From an uncultured delta proteobacterium (lineage in GTDB: Bacteria > Myxococcota > Myxococcia > Myxococcales > Myxococcaceae): a stretch of DNA of 64,000 bases. Under the pieces are notes generated by a model, which had not been told where the DNA came from, made no database searches, and worked only from the letters and a program-made list of their open reading frames with translations. Location of the stretch: positions 64,001-128,000 of the forward strand of contig CAVYSY010000032.1 in NCBI GenBank assembly GCA_963771175.1. The letters are read 5' to 3'. Below, one piece after another: positions 1 to 10,024 of the stretch. Within the stretch, counting starts at the first letter, position 1; the number at the start of each line of letters is the position of its first letter. A program made the translations under genes and the position numbers.

Positions 1-145
1 GGGTCAGCGAGCGCCGGGCCGCGCTGATGATGACGGTGCAGTCGCGCAGCGTGAGGTTGGGACCGAGCCAGTAGAGCGAGCCCTTAACCAGCTCCACCCG
101 CTCGCCTACGATCTCTCGGTCCTTGAAGTGGATGTTGGGAGTCAC
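1..145 (-). CDS. Putative immunity protein of the upstream SitA5-like toxin (5' part; runs off window)
   Basis: GTG at 145 gives MTPNIHFKDREIVGERVELVKGSLYWLGPNLTLRDCTV, a clear paralogue of 52150..52767; starts 7 bp after the toxin stop. Confidence 0.75.
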   Translation of the reverse strand, partial: MTPNIHFKDREIVGERVELVKGSLYWLGPNLTLRDCTVIISAARRSLT

Positions 146-152
146 GCGGCCC

Positions 153-1070
153 TCAGAAGAAGATCATACGGAAGAAGGTGCTCGCCATCCGTCGCCCGTG
201 CAGCGCGAAGTTCGACTCCGTGCCAGACAGGATTTCATAGTGGTAGCTCTGCCCTCCAGGGCCGGTGATATCGACACCTCGGCTGTTCCAGGAAAGCCCT
301 GGGAACCGCTCCTTCATTTGTGCCTCCACCCACCGCCCCCTCGCCTGTCGCTCCAGAAGATTAGCGCGGTGCTCCTTACCTGCCTTCCGCATCTTGTCGA
401 TGGCGAACCCCTCCTCCCGTGAGAGTTCGGCCTGGGACCACCTCGCCGCCACCTCCTTCAAGGCCGCCTGCATTTCGTCGCCAAGCCTGTCCTCCGCCGG
501 AATGTCCCTGTAGCTCTTGCCGCGTGGGAGGTGCCACCGCTCGCCATTGCTGAGGATGACCTGCTTGTTGCCGCCGCGATGCTGAATGGCCACGGTGCCC
601 GAGTGCCCTCCACCAACTCCCGCGCTTCCGCTCCTCGCCAGGACGTTGATGGCAACCGGCACCTGCGGGGACGTGAGGACGACCAGGGCGCGGCCCTGCT
701 CCACCGCCACCTCCACCGCCGCGGCCTCCTCCATGGCCACCGCCACCGAGCCCTCGAGGCCCTGGGCCGCCCATTGCGACTGCACCTGGTTGAACCTCGG
801 CAGCGAGCGCAGGTGCGCCGCCACCTCGCCGAGCGTCCGCCCGCTGAGGCTCGCCACCGCCAGAATGAGGGCCCGGGCCGCATCCGTCCCAATCACCCGG
901 CCGAAGGCCTCGCCGGCGTCGCGCAGCTCCTCGAACGTGGTGGCCTCGTGGGCCCGGTGCGCCATGTTGGCCCACCCGTCCATGAGACCCCACATGGCGT
1001 CCACGCCCAGCCAGGCCAGCAGCACCACCGAGAGAGCGGCCGCCACCGCCTTCGTGCTCGGTTCCGGCAA
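153..1070 (-). pseudogene. 3' half of a SitA5-like polymorphic toxin lipoprotein (interrupted); C-terminal putative nuclease domain
   Basis: PEPSTKAVAAALSVVLLAWLGVD...AHEATTFEELRDAGEAFGRVIG resembles the myxobacterial SitA5 core; C-terminus GRWVE...GVD...YEILS..H is REase-like (inference). Confidence 0.75.
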
Positions 1071-1114
1071 GCCCCCAACGACGCACCCCCTTAAAGACGC
1101 AGCCGTCGAGAGAT

Positions 1115-1543
1115 TTGGTGGTCATCACCCACCCGCTCCATCCGTTCGTGGGTCGTGCATTCCCCGTGCAGCAGCGCCTGCGGTACCTCGGCCGCCCCAG
1201 TGTCGTGCTGCTGTTTCCCGACGGTCGTCTCGCGAAGGTCCCCGAAGACTGGACGGACCTGAGGCCCTGGCCCCCACCGCTCGAGTTCCGGGGGAAATGT
1301 CCGAAGCTGCACCCTGAATCGCTCCGCGAGCTGAGTGCCCTTCTCGATGACTTGAGGCATAGGTCTCAGCTCCATGACCAGGAAGGTAGTGCGTCGGACG
1401 AGAAGCGCCAACGGCCGGTCATCGCCGGGCGCGCTCTACGCCGCACTCCCCGCGGCGGCCCGACACGAGCTGCTGGGCGTGCTGGCCGACGTGCTGCTCA
1501 AGGCCGTCACCAAGGCTCCCGCCGGAGGCGAGGCAAGAGATGA
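1115..1543 (+). CDS. DUF5372/Y4bD-like accessory protein of the recombinase element
   Basis: ITHPLHPFVGRAFPV...VPEDWTDL motif; stop overlaps recombinase ATG (ATGA). Confidence 0.65.
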   Translation: MVVITHPLHPFVGRAFPVQQRLRYLGRPSVVLLFPDGRLAKVPEDWTDLRPWPPPLEFRGKCPKLHPESLRELSALLDDLRHRSQLHDQEGSASDEKRQRPVIAGRALRRTPRGGPTRAAGRAGRRAAQGRHQGSRRRRGKR

Positions 1544-1712
1544 CCACCAAGATTCGGCCAGAGCACTTGGCCAGACCCGCGCTGGTGTACATCCGCCAGT
1601 CCACCCTGTTGCAGGTCCACGAGAATCGGGAGTCAACCGAGCGCCAGTACGCCCTGGTGGAGCTGGCCAAGAAACTCGGCTGGGACGCCACCCAGGTCGA
1701 GGTCATCGATGA
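1374..1712 (+). CDS. Possible small overlapping accessory ORF of the element
   Basis: LYAALPAAARHELLGVLADVLL resembles short ORFs that precede this recombinase family; overlaps both neighbours. Confidence 0.3.
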   Translation: MTRKVVRRTRSANGRSSPGALYAALPAAARHELLGVLADVLLKAVTKAPAGGEARDDHQDSARALGQTRAGVHPPVHPVAGPRESGVNRAPVRPGGAGQETRLGRHPGRGHR

Positions 1713-3910
1713 GGACCTGGGGCAGAGCGGTGCCAGTGCTGCCCGGCGCAAGGGCTTCCAGCGGCTGACGGCCGAGGTCAGCCTCGGCAAGGTAGGCGCC
1801 GTCTTGTCGCTGGAGGTGTCACGCCTGGCGCGCTCCTCGTCCGATTGGCATCGGTTGCTGGATTTGTGCGCGCTCTCCGACACGCTCATCATCGACGACG
1901 ATGGCGTCTACGACGCCAACGACTTCAACGACCGGCTGGTGCTGGGCATGAAGGGCACCATGAGTGACGCCGAGCGCCACTCCATGCGCCTGCGCCTGCA
2001 AGGCGGCATCCTGCACAAGGCGAAGAAGGGTGAGCTCGTCTACCCCCCTCCCACCGGCTACGTCTTCGACAACGGTGCGCTCGTCTTCGACCCCGACGAG
2101 CAGGTGCAGAAGGCCATCCGCCTTCTTTTCGAGCGCTTCCGCCTGGAAGGCAGTGTCAGCGGGGCCGTGCGCTACTTCAATCGCCACAAACTGCTCTTCC
2201 CCTCACGACATGCCCACCGGGGCGCTCCGGCGGAAATTCACTGGCACGCGCTGGACGTCCCGCGTGCCGTATCCATCCTGCGCAACCCGGTGTACGCCGG
2301 AGCCTATGCGTGGGGCCGCAATCGCGATCGGCGCGTCCTCGTCGAAGGAGCGGTGCGTCGCAAGCACGAGACGCTCCAGGAGCGTGAACAGTGGCATGCA
2401 TTCCTGCGCGATGCGCACCCCGCGTACATCTCCTGGGAGCAACACCTGGAGAACTTGAAGCGCCTCGAAGACAACGCCATCAAGGGGGCGCATGTGCGTG
2501 GCCGTGGTGCGCCACGCGGAGGTCTGGCGCTGCTCCAGGGGCTGGTGCTGTGCGGCAAGTGTGGCCGGCGGATGCACCCGGTCTACTCCGTCGCCGACGA
2601 CCCCAGCTACCAGTGCACCAAGCGCATGTACGGTGAGGGCAACTGCTGGTCCACTGTCGCACGCCGCATTGACGACAAGATAGTCGAGGCCCTGCTCGCG
2701 GCTTTCGCCCCGCCCGAATTGGACCTGTCGCTGGCGGTCCTCAAGGAGGTGGAACGGCAGGCCGAGGATGTCAACCGCCAGTGGAAGCTGCGCCTGGAGC
2801 GGGTGCGCTACGAGGCCCAGCGCGCCGAGCGCCAGTACAACGCCGTGGAGCCGGAGAATCGCGTGGTGGCCCGCACGCTGGAGTCGCGCTGGAACCAGAC
2901 GCTCGAGGAGCTCGCGCGGGTCGAGCATGAATACGAGCAGGCCAGGAGCACGAGTCCGCTGGAACTCTCGGACAAGGACAAGAAGAAGATACTGGCGCTG
3001 GCGGGCGACCTTCCAGGGCTGTGGAACGCGCCGACCACGACCAACTCGGACAAGAAACGGATACTGCGGCTGCTCATCCAGGAGGTGGTGCTCTCGCCGG
3101 TGGACGTGCCAAAGCGGGCCACCCGCATCCGCATCCTCTGGAAGACGGGAGCCATCACCGAGTTGCAAACGCCTCGGCCCACGTTTTCTGAATCCAGAAG
3201 GACGTCACCCCAGGTCATCGCTGAGATTCGCAAGCTCGCCAGGAAGCATTACTGCGATTCGCAGATAGCAGAGGAACTCAACCGGAGTGGCTTGAAGAGC
3301 GGCCTGCGCCACACCTTCACCCACCGCCTGGTGGCGGGCATTCGCAAGCGACAGGGCATTCGTGCTGGACGAACTGCTGGAGGATTCAGCATCCGGGCGC
3401 CCGAGCGCGACGAGCAGGGGCTCTATTCCATCCGCGGTCTGATCGCGCATTTCGGAGTGACGGCCCCCATGGTCCACTACTGGGTCAACCGCGGCCTGCT
3501 CACCCCCGTGCACAGCCGCACGCCCATGCACAAATGGAACAAGGAGCCCTTCTGGTTCGAGATGACGCCCGAATTGGAGGCGCTCCTGGCCAAGGCGCGC
3601 GACCAGGGCTACGAGCCGGGCAAGCCGCCGCATCGCGCATCCACAATGGCCTTCCGCGCCCGCCGGCTCGTCTGCCTGACGGCCGCTACTCCACGCGCGG
3701 TCTCGTCGAGAAGTACGGAGTAACCTGGGACACCGTGCGGGTACTGGATAAAGAAGGGCATCCTCACGCCCGAGCGCGCTCTACCGAAGGGCGAATTTCT
3801 GCTTCCGGCTGACCCCCAAGGTGGAGCGACACATCCAGGCCGCCCTTGCTCGAAAACGGAGATCGCGCGGTTCCACGCAGCACCACCATCATCACATCCA
3901 TTCCCGCTAA
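1540..3910 (+). CDS. Large serine recombinase (resolvase, recombinase, Zn-ribbon, coiled coil, two C-terminal HTH repeats); indels after ~3635
   Basis: YIRQST catalytic Ser, EVSRLAR, NPVYAG, LLQGLVLCGKCGRRM; repeats YSIRGLIAHFGVT..YWVNRGLLTP and YSTRGLVEKYGVT..YWIKKGILTP; true stop is 3910 or 3929. Confidence 0.9.
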
Positions 3911-3929
3911 CACAGGTGGGTTCCGGTAA

Positions 3930-4653
3930 CAGCCAGAGCGCCAGGTACAGGCCCGCGGCCCACACCAGCGAAGAGAGCAGCGCCTGCGGGCTGAGCTCGC
4001 GCCCAAGGGCCGCTCGCGTCTCGTCGAGCACTCCTCCGAAGGCCAGGGCGAGCGCCAGGGTGCGCCTGTCGTCGGTGCGCAGGTAGGGCCCATCCGTGAA
4101 GAGTCCCAGGCAGTCGCCGCCGCCGCGTGGCTGACACCACCGGAGGTACTTCTCCTTGAGCGCCGCCTCGGCCTCGGGGACGAGCGGGCCCTTATCGGTG
4201 AGGGGCACCAGCGTGAGGACCCTGTCTCGGTACACCTCGGCGAGCAGCTCCTCCTCGGGCATGGCCTGGAGCAGCCCTTGCGCGGCCTCTTGGGGCGTCC
4301 CCTGCACCTGGTGGTGCTGGAGGAGCTGTGCCACCGCGCGCTGGTACTCCTCCCGCGTGACGGCCACCACCCGCGTTTTCCCCCGCCTCGACGTGGCCCG
4401 CGTACACGACGACCACCGGCTGCAGCTCCCTCGGCGCCGCTCGCGCCTCGCTTTCCGCTGCCTCCTCCCAGCCGCGGCGACCCCCCTCCCCCTGCCTCGC
4501 CGCCGGGCCCTGCGTCGCGCAGGCCGCGTGGAGGAAGAGGACGATGAGCCAGAGGGCGCCGGCCGGTGCCCAGCGTGTCGGGCCCCGCCGCCGCGGCTCG
4601 AGCTGCGTACCGCCGCCCTCCCCCACCCCAGGACTCCGGTACTCCTTCGACAT
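3930..4653 (-). pseudogene. 5' half of the SitA5-like toxin lipoprotein (additional frameshift near 4380)
   Basis: Signal/lipobox WLIVLFLHAACAT; GDCLGLFTDGPYLRTDDRRTLALALAFGGVLDETRAALGRELSP motif. Confidence 0.75.
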
Positions 4654-4683
4654 GGTGCGGCCCTTTCCCCCAGAAGAAACAGC

Positions 4684-4720
4684 CCTGAAGGATAGGATGC
4701 GGGCTTCCCAACCCTACAGG
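4684..4720 (-). promoter_or_regulatory. Conserved upstream motif of SitA5-like loci
   Basis: CCTGTA(G/T)GGTTGGGA-N11-TATCCTTCAGG also present at ~52883-52919 upstream of the second, deleted locus. Confidence 0.5.
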
Positions 4721-4910
4721 GGGGGAGGCCCGCACAGGCCCGGAGTCTCAGCTGCCGCTACTGGCGGCCCCTAGAGGCGGCGCCCCCTCGTTGGTCGCCG
4801 GCCAACCGCCTCTGCCGTCAGGGTGCCGAGGTAGGCCTGCACAAGCGTGCTCGATAGGGACGCCGGGCCAGTAAGTGCCCAGGTTCACAGGGATTTGCAG
4901 GCTCACCCGG

Positions 4911-5444
4911 CTACCCGCGCCCGGGTCCGTCCTTCTCCCCGGCGTCCAGCTCGCCCCCCGGCTCGCCATCGATGCGGCGCAGGGAGGGAAGACTCCCGAA
5001 CGGCTCCTCCCGAGCAGGAGGTCCGAAGGGGTCCCCGGGAAACGGACCCGTGCGGAAGGTGGTGACACGCAGCGTGCCCGCCGCCATGCGGCGCTCGAGC
5101 CTCCGCCGCACCAGCGCGGCCACGAGCCGGCGCGTCGGGGGCAACAGCAGGAAGAGGCCGGCGACGTCGGTGAGCACCCCCGGCCATACCAGCAGCACCC
5201 CGCCCACCAGGATGAGTACCCCACCCAGCAGGCCCTCCTCGGGCATGCGGCCCCGCGCGAGCGACTCCTGCCAGCGACGGAGGACACGCACTCCCTCCCT
5301 CCTGGCCAGCAGGGAACCCACCAGCCCCGCGGCGAGCACCATGCCTACCGTGGGCCAGAGGCCGACTTCCCGGCCAAGGGCCAGCAGCAGGTACAGGTCC
5401 AGGAGCGGGACGACCACGAACGCGAGGAATAGGTACTTGAACAC
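4911..5444 (-). CDS. fxsA: FxsA family membrane protein
   Basis: FVVVPLLDLYLL...GGVLLVWPGVLTD motif. Confidence 0.85.
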   Translation of the reverse strand: MFKYLFLAFVVVPLLDLYLLLALGREVGLWPTVGMVLAAGLVGSLLARREGVRVLRRWQESLARGRMPEEGLLGGVLILVGGVLLVWPGVLTDVAGLFLLLPPTRRLVAALVRRRLERRMAAGTLRVTTFRTGPFPGDPFGPPAREEPFGSLPSLRRIDGEPGGELDAGEKDGPGRG

Positions 5445-5453
5445 CCCTCCAAC

Positions 5454-6176
5454 CTAACGCCCCGCGCCCGCCAGCGCCTGGAGGAAGTCGTGGATGCGCG
5501 CGGCGTTCGCTCCCAGGTCCCCCCGTCCCACCCGCGACTTCGAGCGCATGTCCACCCGCGTCCCCCCGCCCTCCTCCGGCCGCACCCGCACCACGAAGTC
5601 GTCCTGGAAGCGGAAGACACGGGTCACCGCCACGCCCTCGAAGGTGCGCGCCTGGGGCTCCACGTGCGTCACCGTCCACCCGGGGCGCGCCCGCGCCAGC
5701 GCGACCGCCCGCTCGAAGACCGCGTCCGGGGGCTCGGCCAGCTTCAAGGGCTTCAGGTCCGCGTAGAAACGCGTCATCACGGGCTTGAAGTCCTCGGGGT
5801 AGCTCAGGTTCTTCCCGGCGTTCTCCGGCAGCGTCTGGGCATGGGTGAAGGCGGGCACGTCCTGGAGGTCCGTGCTGATGTCGTTGATGGGGGGCTTGCC
5901 ACCACCCGCGAAGGCCGGGATCAGCACCACGCCCAGCGCCAGGAACCCGAGCGCCACCGCCGTGAGACCGGGAGCCACCTTGCCCCGGATCGCGGAGATG
6001 ATGCCCGCGAATATGCCCACGATGCCCACCAGCGCCGCGAGGCCGAAGACGAGCAGGGCCTGCATCCCGGGGAGCACCCCGAGAAAGGCCAGCAGCGGCC
6101 CGAGGACCAGCAACACCAGCGCGACGAGCGAGATCCGCAACGACCAGGAGCGAAGCATGCGAGAGGCATGCGTCAC
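5454..6176 (-). CDS. DUF1499 domain membrane protein
   Basis: Three TM segments then PPINDISTD...FRFQDDFVVRV...VDMRSKSRVGRGDLGANAARI. Confidence 0.85.
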   Translation of the reverse strand: MTHASRMLRSWSLRISLVALVLLVLGPLLAFLGVLPGMQALLVFGLAALVGIVGIFAGIISAIRGKVAPGLTAVALGFLALGVVLIPAFAGGGKPPINDISTDLQDVPAFTHAQTLPENAGKNLSYPEDFKPVMTRFYADLKPLKLAEPPDAVFERAVALARARPGWTVTHVEPQARTFEGVAVTRVFRFQDDFVVRVRPEEGGGTRVDMRSKSRVGRGDLGANAARIHDFLQALAGAGR

Positions 6177-6200
6177 CGGCGCCGTGAAATCCAGCCTTTT

Positions 6201-6716
6201 TCAGCCGCCGAGGTTGCCGCCAATCCAGTCCATCACCAGGTACAGCAGCACGAAGAAGCCGATGACCCCGAAGAAGAACTTCGTCGTCGGCTGGAAGCCC
6301 TCGCTCCCGGTGGCGGTGCTGCTGGGCAGGGCCTCGACCATCCCGAGCGTCTCCCCCGCGTAGCGCGCGGTGCGCTCGTACTGCTCCGCCACCAGCCCGC
6401 CATCCTGGGCCGAGAGCGCGCGCCCGAGCTGCGGATCGAAGACGCGGACCTCGGCCTCCTTGGCCACCTCGGCCACCCGGGAGACCACCTCGCGCACGAG
6501 CTCGGTCCGGTCCGACAGGGGCACGCGCACCTCGGTGGCCACCCACTGGCCCCCCTCGCGCAAGGGGTGGAGCTCCACCGCGCCGTATTCGAGCTGCCAG
6601 GCATGCCCACCGCTCGGCAGTGCCTTCGCCCCCCGGGCTTCCAGGAGGGCCTCCACCCGGGCGCTGTCGAAAGGCGTCCCGGGGACCATCGATTGAAGGA
6701 GCAGGTCGTATCTCAC
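6201..6716 (-). CDS. Hypothetical protein with C-terminal TM anchor
   Basis: ORF from GTG 6716 (MRYDLLLQ); hydrophobic C-terminus. Confidence 0.7.
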   Translation of the reverse strand: MRYDLLLQSMVPGTPFDSARVEALLEARGAKALPSGGHAWQLEYGAVELHPLREGGQWVATEVRVPLSDRTELVREVVSRVAEVAKEAEVRVFDPQLGRALSAQDGGLVAEQYERTARYAGETLGMVEALPSSTATGSEGFQPTTKFFFGVIGFFVLLYLVMDWIGGNLGG

Positions 6717-6746
6717 GCGGGTTGGAAGTATACGCCTGCACCAGCC

Positions 6747-8040
6747 ATGCCCAAGCCAACCACCCCAGGTCCCCGTCGCGATCGCCGTCCCGGAGCTCCC
6801 TCCGGCCGGAAGCCCTTCCCGCAGCGCCCGGAGAAGCCCGCCCCGGACCGGACCACTCCAGACATCGGGCCGGACGGACTGCCCCAGGTCTCCCTCATCC
6901 GCCGAGGCGTCGACCGCTGGCAGGCCGGTCACCCGTGGATCTACCGCGCCGACCTCAACGGCGACCCCGCCCTGGAAGGGGGCGAGGTGGTGCGCGTGAT
7001 GGATGCTCGCGGCTGGTTCCTGGGCAAGGCCTTCTACTCGAAGCAGTCGAAGATCTCCCTGCGTTGGCTGTCCTACGAGGACGTGGCGGTGGACACGGAC
7101 TTCTTCCGCCAGCGTCTGGCCCTGGCGGAGGCGATGCGTCGGCGCGCCCTGCCGGGGGAGACCACCTACCGCGTGGTTCACGGCGAGGCGGACCTGCTGC
7201 CCGGTCTCGTGGTGGACCGCTATGGCGACTGCTTGAGCGTCCAGTTCCTCACGCCGGGCACCGAGCAGCGCAAGGAGATGTTCGTGGACCTGCTGGTGGA
7301 GCTGTTCAAGCCGCGCGCCATCGTCAACCGCTCGGACGTGGGCGTGCGCGCGCTCGAGGGCCTGCCCCAGGAGAAGGGCGTGCTGTACGGCGACGCTGCC
7401 CGGGCCGGTGGCCTATGACGAGGGCCTGGTGCGCGTGCGCGCGGACCTGCTGGAGGGCCAGAAGACGGGCTCCTTCCTGGACCAGCGGGAGAACCACGTG
7501 ATGGCGTCGCAGTACGCCTTTGGCGAGGCGCTGGACTGCTTCTCCTACGTGGGCGGCTTCGCGCTGCAGCTCGCCACGCGGGCCGAGAAGGTCACGGCGG
7601 TGGAGATCTCCGACGCGGCGGCCGCGCAGCTCCGCGAGAACGCCACGGCCAACAAGCTGCCCAACGTGGAAGTGGTGGTGGCCAACGCCTTCGACTTCCT
7701 GCGCGACGCGGTGGACGAGGGCCGGCGCTTCGACACCATCGTGTTGGATCCGCCCTCGTTCGCGAAGAACAAGGACGCCATCGAGGGGGCGCTGCGCGGG
7801 TACAAGGAGATCAACCTGCGCGCCATCCAGCTCCTGCGGCCGGGCGGCTACCTCATCTCCGCGAGCTGCACGTACCACATCGACGAGCAGGGCTTCGAGG
7901 ACATGCTGGCCTCGGCGGCGACGGACGCGAAGCGGCGGGTGCAGATCATCGAGAAGCGCGGGGCGGGCAAGGACCACCCGGTGCTGCTGAACCTGCGCGA
8001 GACGCGCTACCTGAAGTGCTTCGTGCTCCGGGTGCTGTGA
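6747..8040 (+). CDS. RlmI-like class I SAM-dependent rRNA methyltransferase (frameshift ~7400)
   Basis: GHPWIY PUA domain, HGEADLLPGLVVDRY, GQKTGSFLDQREN, LDPPSFAK. Confidence 0.85.
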
Positions 8041-8052
8041 GCCGCTGATTCC

Positions 8053-8538
8053 ATGCGTCATCCGGACTGGGACGACACCGACGACGAGGCCCCCTCGGGC
8101 ACGCGTGCGCGCGAGGAGGCGCGTGCCCTCCAGGAGCTGCGGGCCATCTACCGGCAAGCGGATGCGGCCTACGCGCCCTTCTCGTGCCCGGCGAGCGGGG
8201 AGTGCTGCCAGCTCGCCAAGACGAAGCGCCAGCCCTGGCTGTGGTACCCCGAGTGGCTGCTGCTCGCGCGGAGCCACCCGCTGCCGCCCCCTCGGGAGGA
8301 CGGTGGCTGTCCCTACCTGGACGCGGCGGGAAAGCGCTGCACCGTGTACGCGGATCGTCCGTTCGGCTGCCGAACCTTCTTCTGTGAACGCATCCGGGGG
8401 CCGGCCCGCCAGCCAGGGGACACGGTGAACGCCCTGCTGGTACGGTTGGAGCGCGTCTCGCAACGCCTCCTGCCCTCATTGACCGGGCCTCGGCCCATCC
8501 TCGAGTGGCACGCGGAGGCCTCTGACCCCGAGGAGTAA
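8053..8538 (+). CDS. YkgJ-family cysteine-cluster protein
   Basis: CPASGECC, CPYLD..GKRCTVYADRPFGCR. Confidence 0.8.
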   Translation: MRHPDWDDTDDEAPSGTRAREEARALQELRAIYRQADAAYAPFSCPASGECCQLAKTKRQPWLWYPEWLLLARSHPLPPPREDGGCPYLDAAGKRCTVYADRPFGCRTFFCERIRGPARQPGDTVNALLVRLERVSQRLLPSLTGPRPILEWHAEASDPEE

Positions 8539-8540
8539 CC

Positions 8541-8921
8541 ATGAGTCCCAGGCCGTGGTCCGGTGTCGTGGTGCTGGCCGTCCTCCTCCAGATGGGCTGC
8601 GTCGCCGGCGCCGTGAGCGGGGCGGTCATCAACGCCGCGTTGAACACGGGCGTCGCGGTGGGCGCGTCCGCGGTCTCGCGCTCCCAGGGCGGCTGCTATG
8701 CCTCGTGCCCCGCGGGGACCACGTGCAACAAGACCACGGGGTACTGCGATCCCCTCCCCTGCCGTGGCGAGTGCGACCCCTTCGAGGAGTGCATCGAGGA
8801 GACGCTGGTCTACCGCTGTGTCGCGCGGAGCCCGGGGACCGGAAACATCATCGTCAATCCCCCCCAGACGTCCTCGGAGCAGAAGCCCGAGGAGCAGAAG
8901 CCCGCTGAGCCCAAACCGTGA
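8541..8921 (+). CDS. Cys-rich putative lipoprotein
   Basis: LLQMGC lipobox-like signal, 8 Cys in the core. Confidence 0.7.
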   Translation: MSPRPWSGVVVLAVLLQMGCVAGAVSGAVINAALNTGVAVGASAVSRSQGGCYASCPAGTTCNKTTGYCDPLPCRGECDPFEECIEETLVYRCVARSPGTGNIIVNPPQTSSEQKPEEQKPAEPKP

Positions 8922-10018
8922 GCCGCTGGCTCGTCGCGCCCCAGGAGTTCAAGGGGACCCTCACCGCCACCGAGGCCGCCACCGCCCTGGCCGAGGGGCT
9001 GCGTCAGGGCGCGCCCGGAGTGGAGCTGGACGTGGCACCGCTCGCGGATGGTGGACCGGGCACGGTGGAGGCGCTGCTCGCGGGCGTGGGTGGCGAGCGG
9101 GTGACTCGCACCGTGCGGGGTCCGCTCGGCGCGCCCGTGCGAGCCACCTATGGACTGCTGGACTCGGGACGCACGGCCGTCATCGAGATGGCCGCGGCCT
9201 CCGGGCTGTCCCTGCTCACTCCCCGCGAGCGTGACCCGCGACACGCCTCCACCTTCGGCACCGGCGAGCTGATGCGCGCGGCCCTGGACGCCGGATGTGA
9301 ACGGCTCATCCTCGGACTTGGCGGCAGCGCCACCAACGACGGCGGGACGGGGGCGCTCGCGGCGCTCGGGTTCCGGTTCCTCGACGAGCACGGTGCTCCC
9401 CTTCCCCCGGGTGGGGCCGAGCTGAAACGGCTCGCGCGGGTGGATGCGAGCGGACGGCATCCGCGACTCTCCGAGGTGGAGCTGCTCGTGGCCTCGGATG
9501 TCACCGCGCCGCTGCTGGGCCCGGATGGGGCCTCGCGCCTCTTCGGGCCCCAGAAGGGAGCGGACGAGGCGACCGTGGCCGAGCTGGAATCGGCCCTGGC
9601 CCGGCTCGCCGAGGTCGTCTCGCCCGAGAATGCCAACCTGCCCGGGGCGGGCGCGGCGGGAGGCTTCGGTTACGGGCTCACGGCCCTGGCTGGAGGGAAG
9701 CTCGTCTCCGGATACGGGCTGGTGGCCCGGACGCTCCGGCTGCCCGAGCGACTCGCCGCCGCGGAGGCCGTGCTCACCGGCGAGGGACGCTTCGACCGGC
9801 AGACGGCGCTCGGCAAGGGTCCCGGTGTCCTGGCCCGGGAGGCGCGTGCGCTCGGCAGGCGCACGGTGATGTTCGCGGGAATCGTGACGCCCGACATGTA
9901 CCCGAGCACCTCTCCCTTCGATGAGGTGGTCGAGGTGTCCGCGCTCGCTCCGGCCGGTGCCTCCTACTTCGAGGCCCTGCGCCATGCCGGTGCCTGGTGG
10001 GCTGCTCGAAGCAAGTAG
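8918..10018 (+). CDS. Glycerate kinase
   Basis: APQEFKGTL, ADGGPGT, GLGGSATNDGG, TGEGRFDRQT. Confidence 0.9.
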   Translation: MSRWLVAPQEFKGTLTATEAATALAEGLRQGAPGVELDVAPLADGGPGTVEALLAGVGGERVTRTVRGPLGAPVRATYGLLDSGRTAVIEMAAASGLSLLTPRERDPRHASTFGTGELMRAALDAGCERLILGLGGSATNDGGTGALAALGFRFLDEHGAPLPPGGAELKRLARVDASGRHPRLSEVELLVASDVTAPLLGPDGASRLFGPQKGADEATVAELESALARLAEVVSPENANLPGAGAAGGFGYGLTALAGGKLVSGYGLVARTLRLPERLAAAEAVLTGEGRFDRQTALGKGPGVLAREARALGRRTVMFAGIVTPDMYPSTSPFDEVVEVSALAPAGASYFEALRHAGAWWAARSK

Positions 10019-10024
10019 GAAAGA

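Larger units (their letters stand above)
1071..3929 (+). mobile_element. Large serine recombinase element (Y4bA-type recombinase with DUF5372/Y4bD-like ORF) inserted in the toxin gene
   Basis: Junctions ctcGGTTCCGGcAAgccc (1057-1074) and gtgGGTTCCGGtAAcagc-type (3916-3933); removing the element rejoins LYLALWLLPEP-STKAVAA in frame. Confidence 0.85.

Noticed and set aside
4730..4905. Structured intergenic region (agaggcg...cgcctct stem) as ncRNA
   Set aside because: No recognisable 6S, SRP, tmRNA or riboswitch motif; short stems are expected at this GC content.
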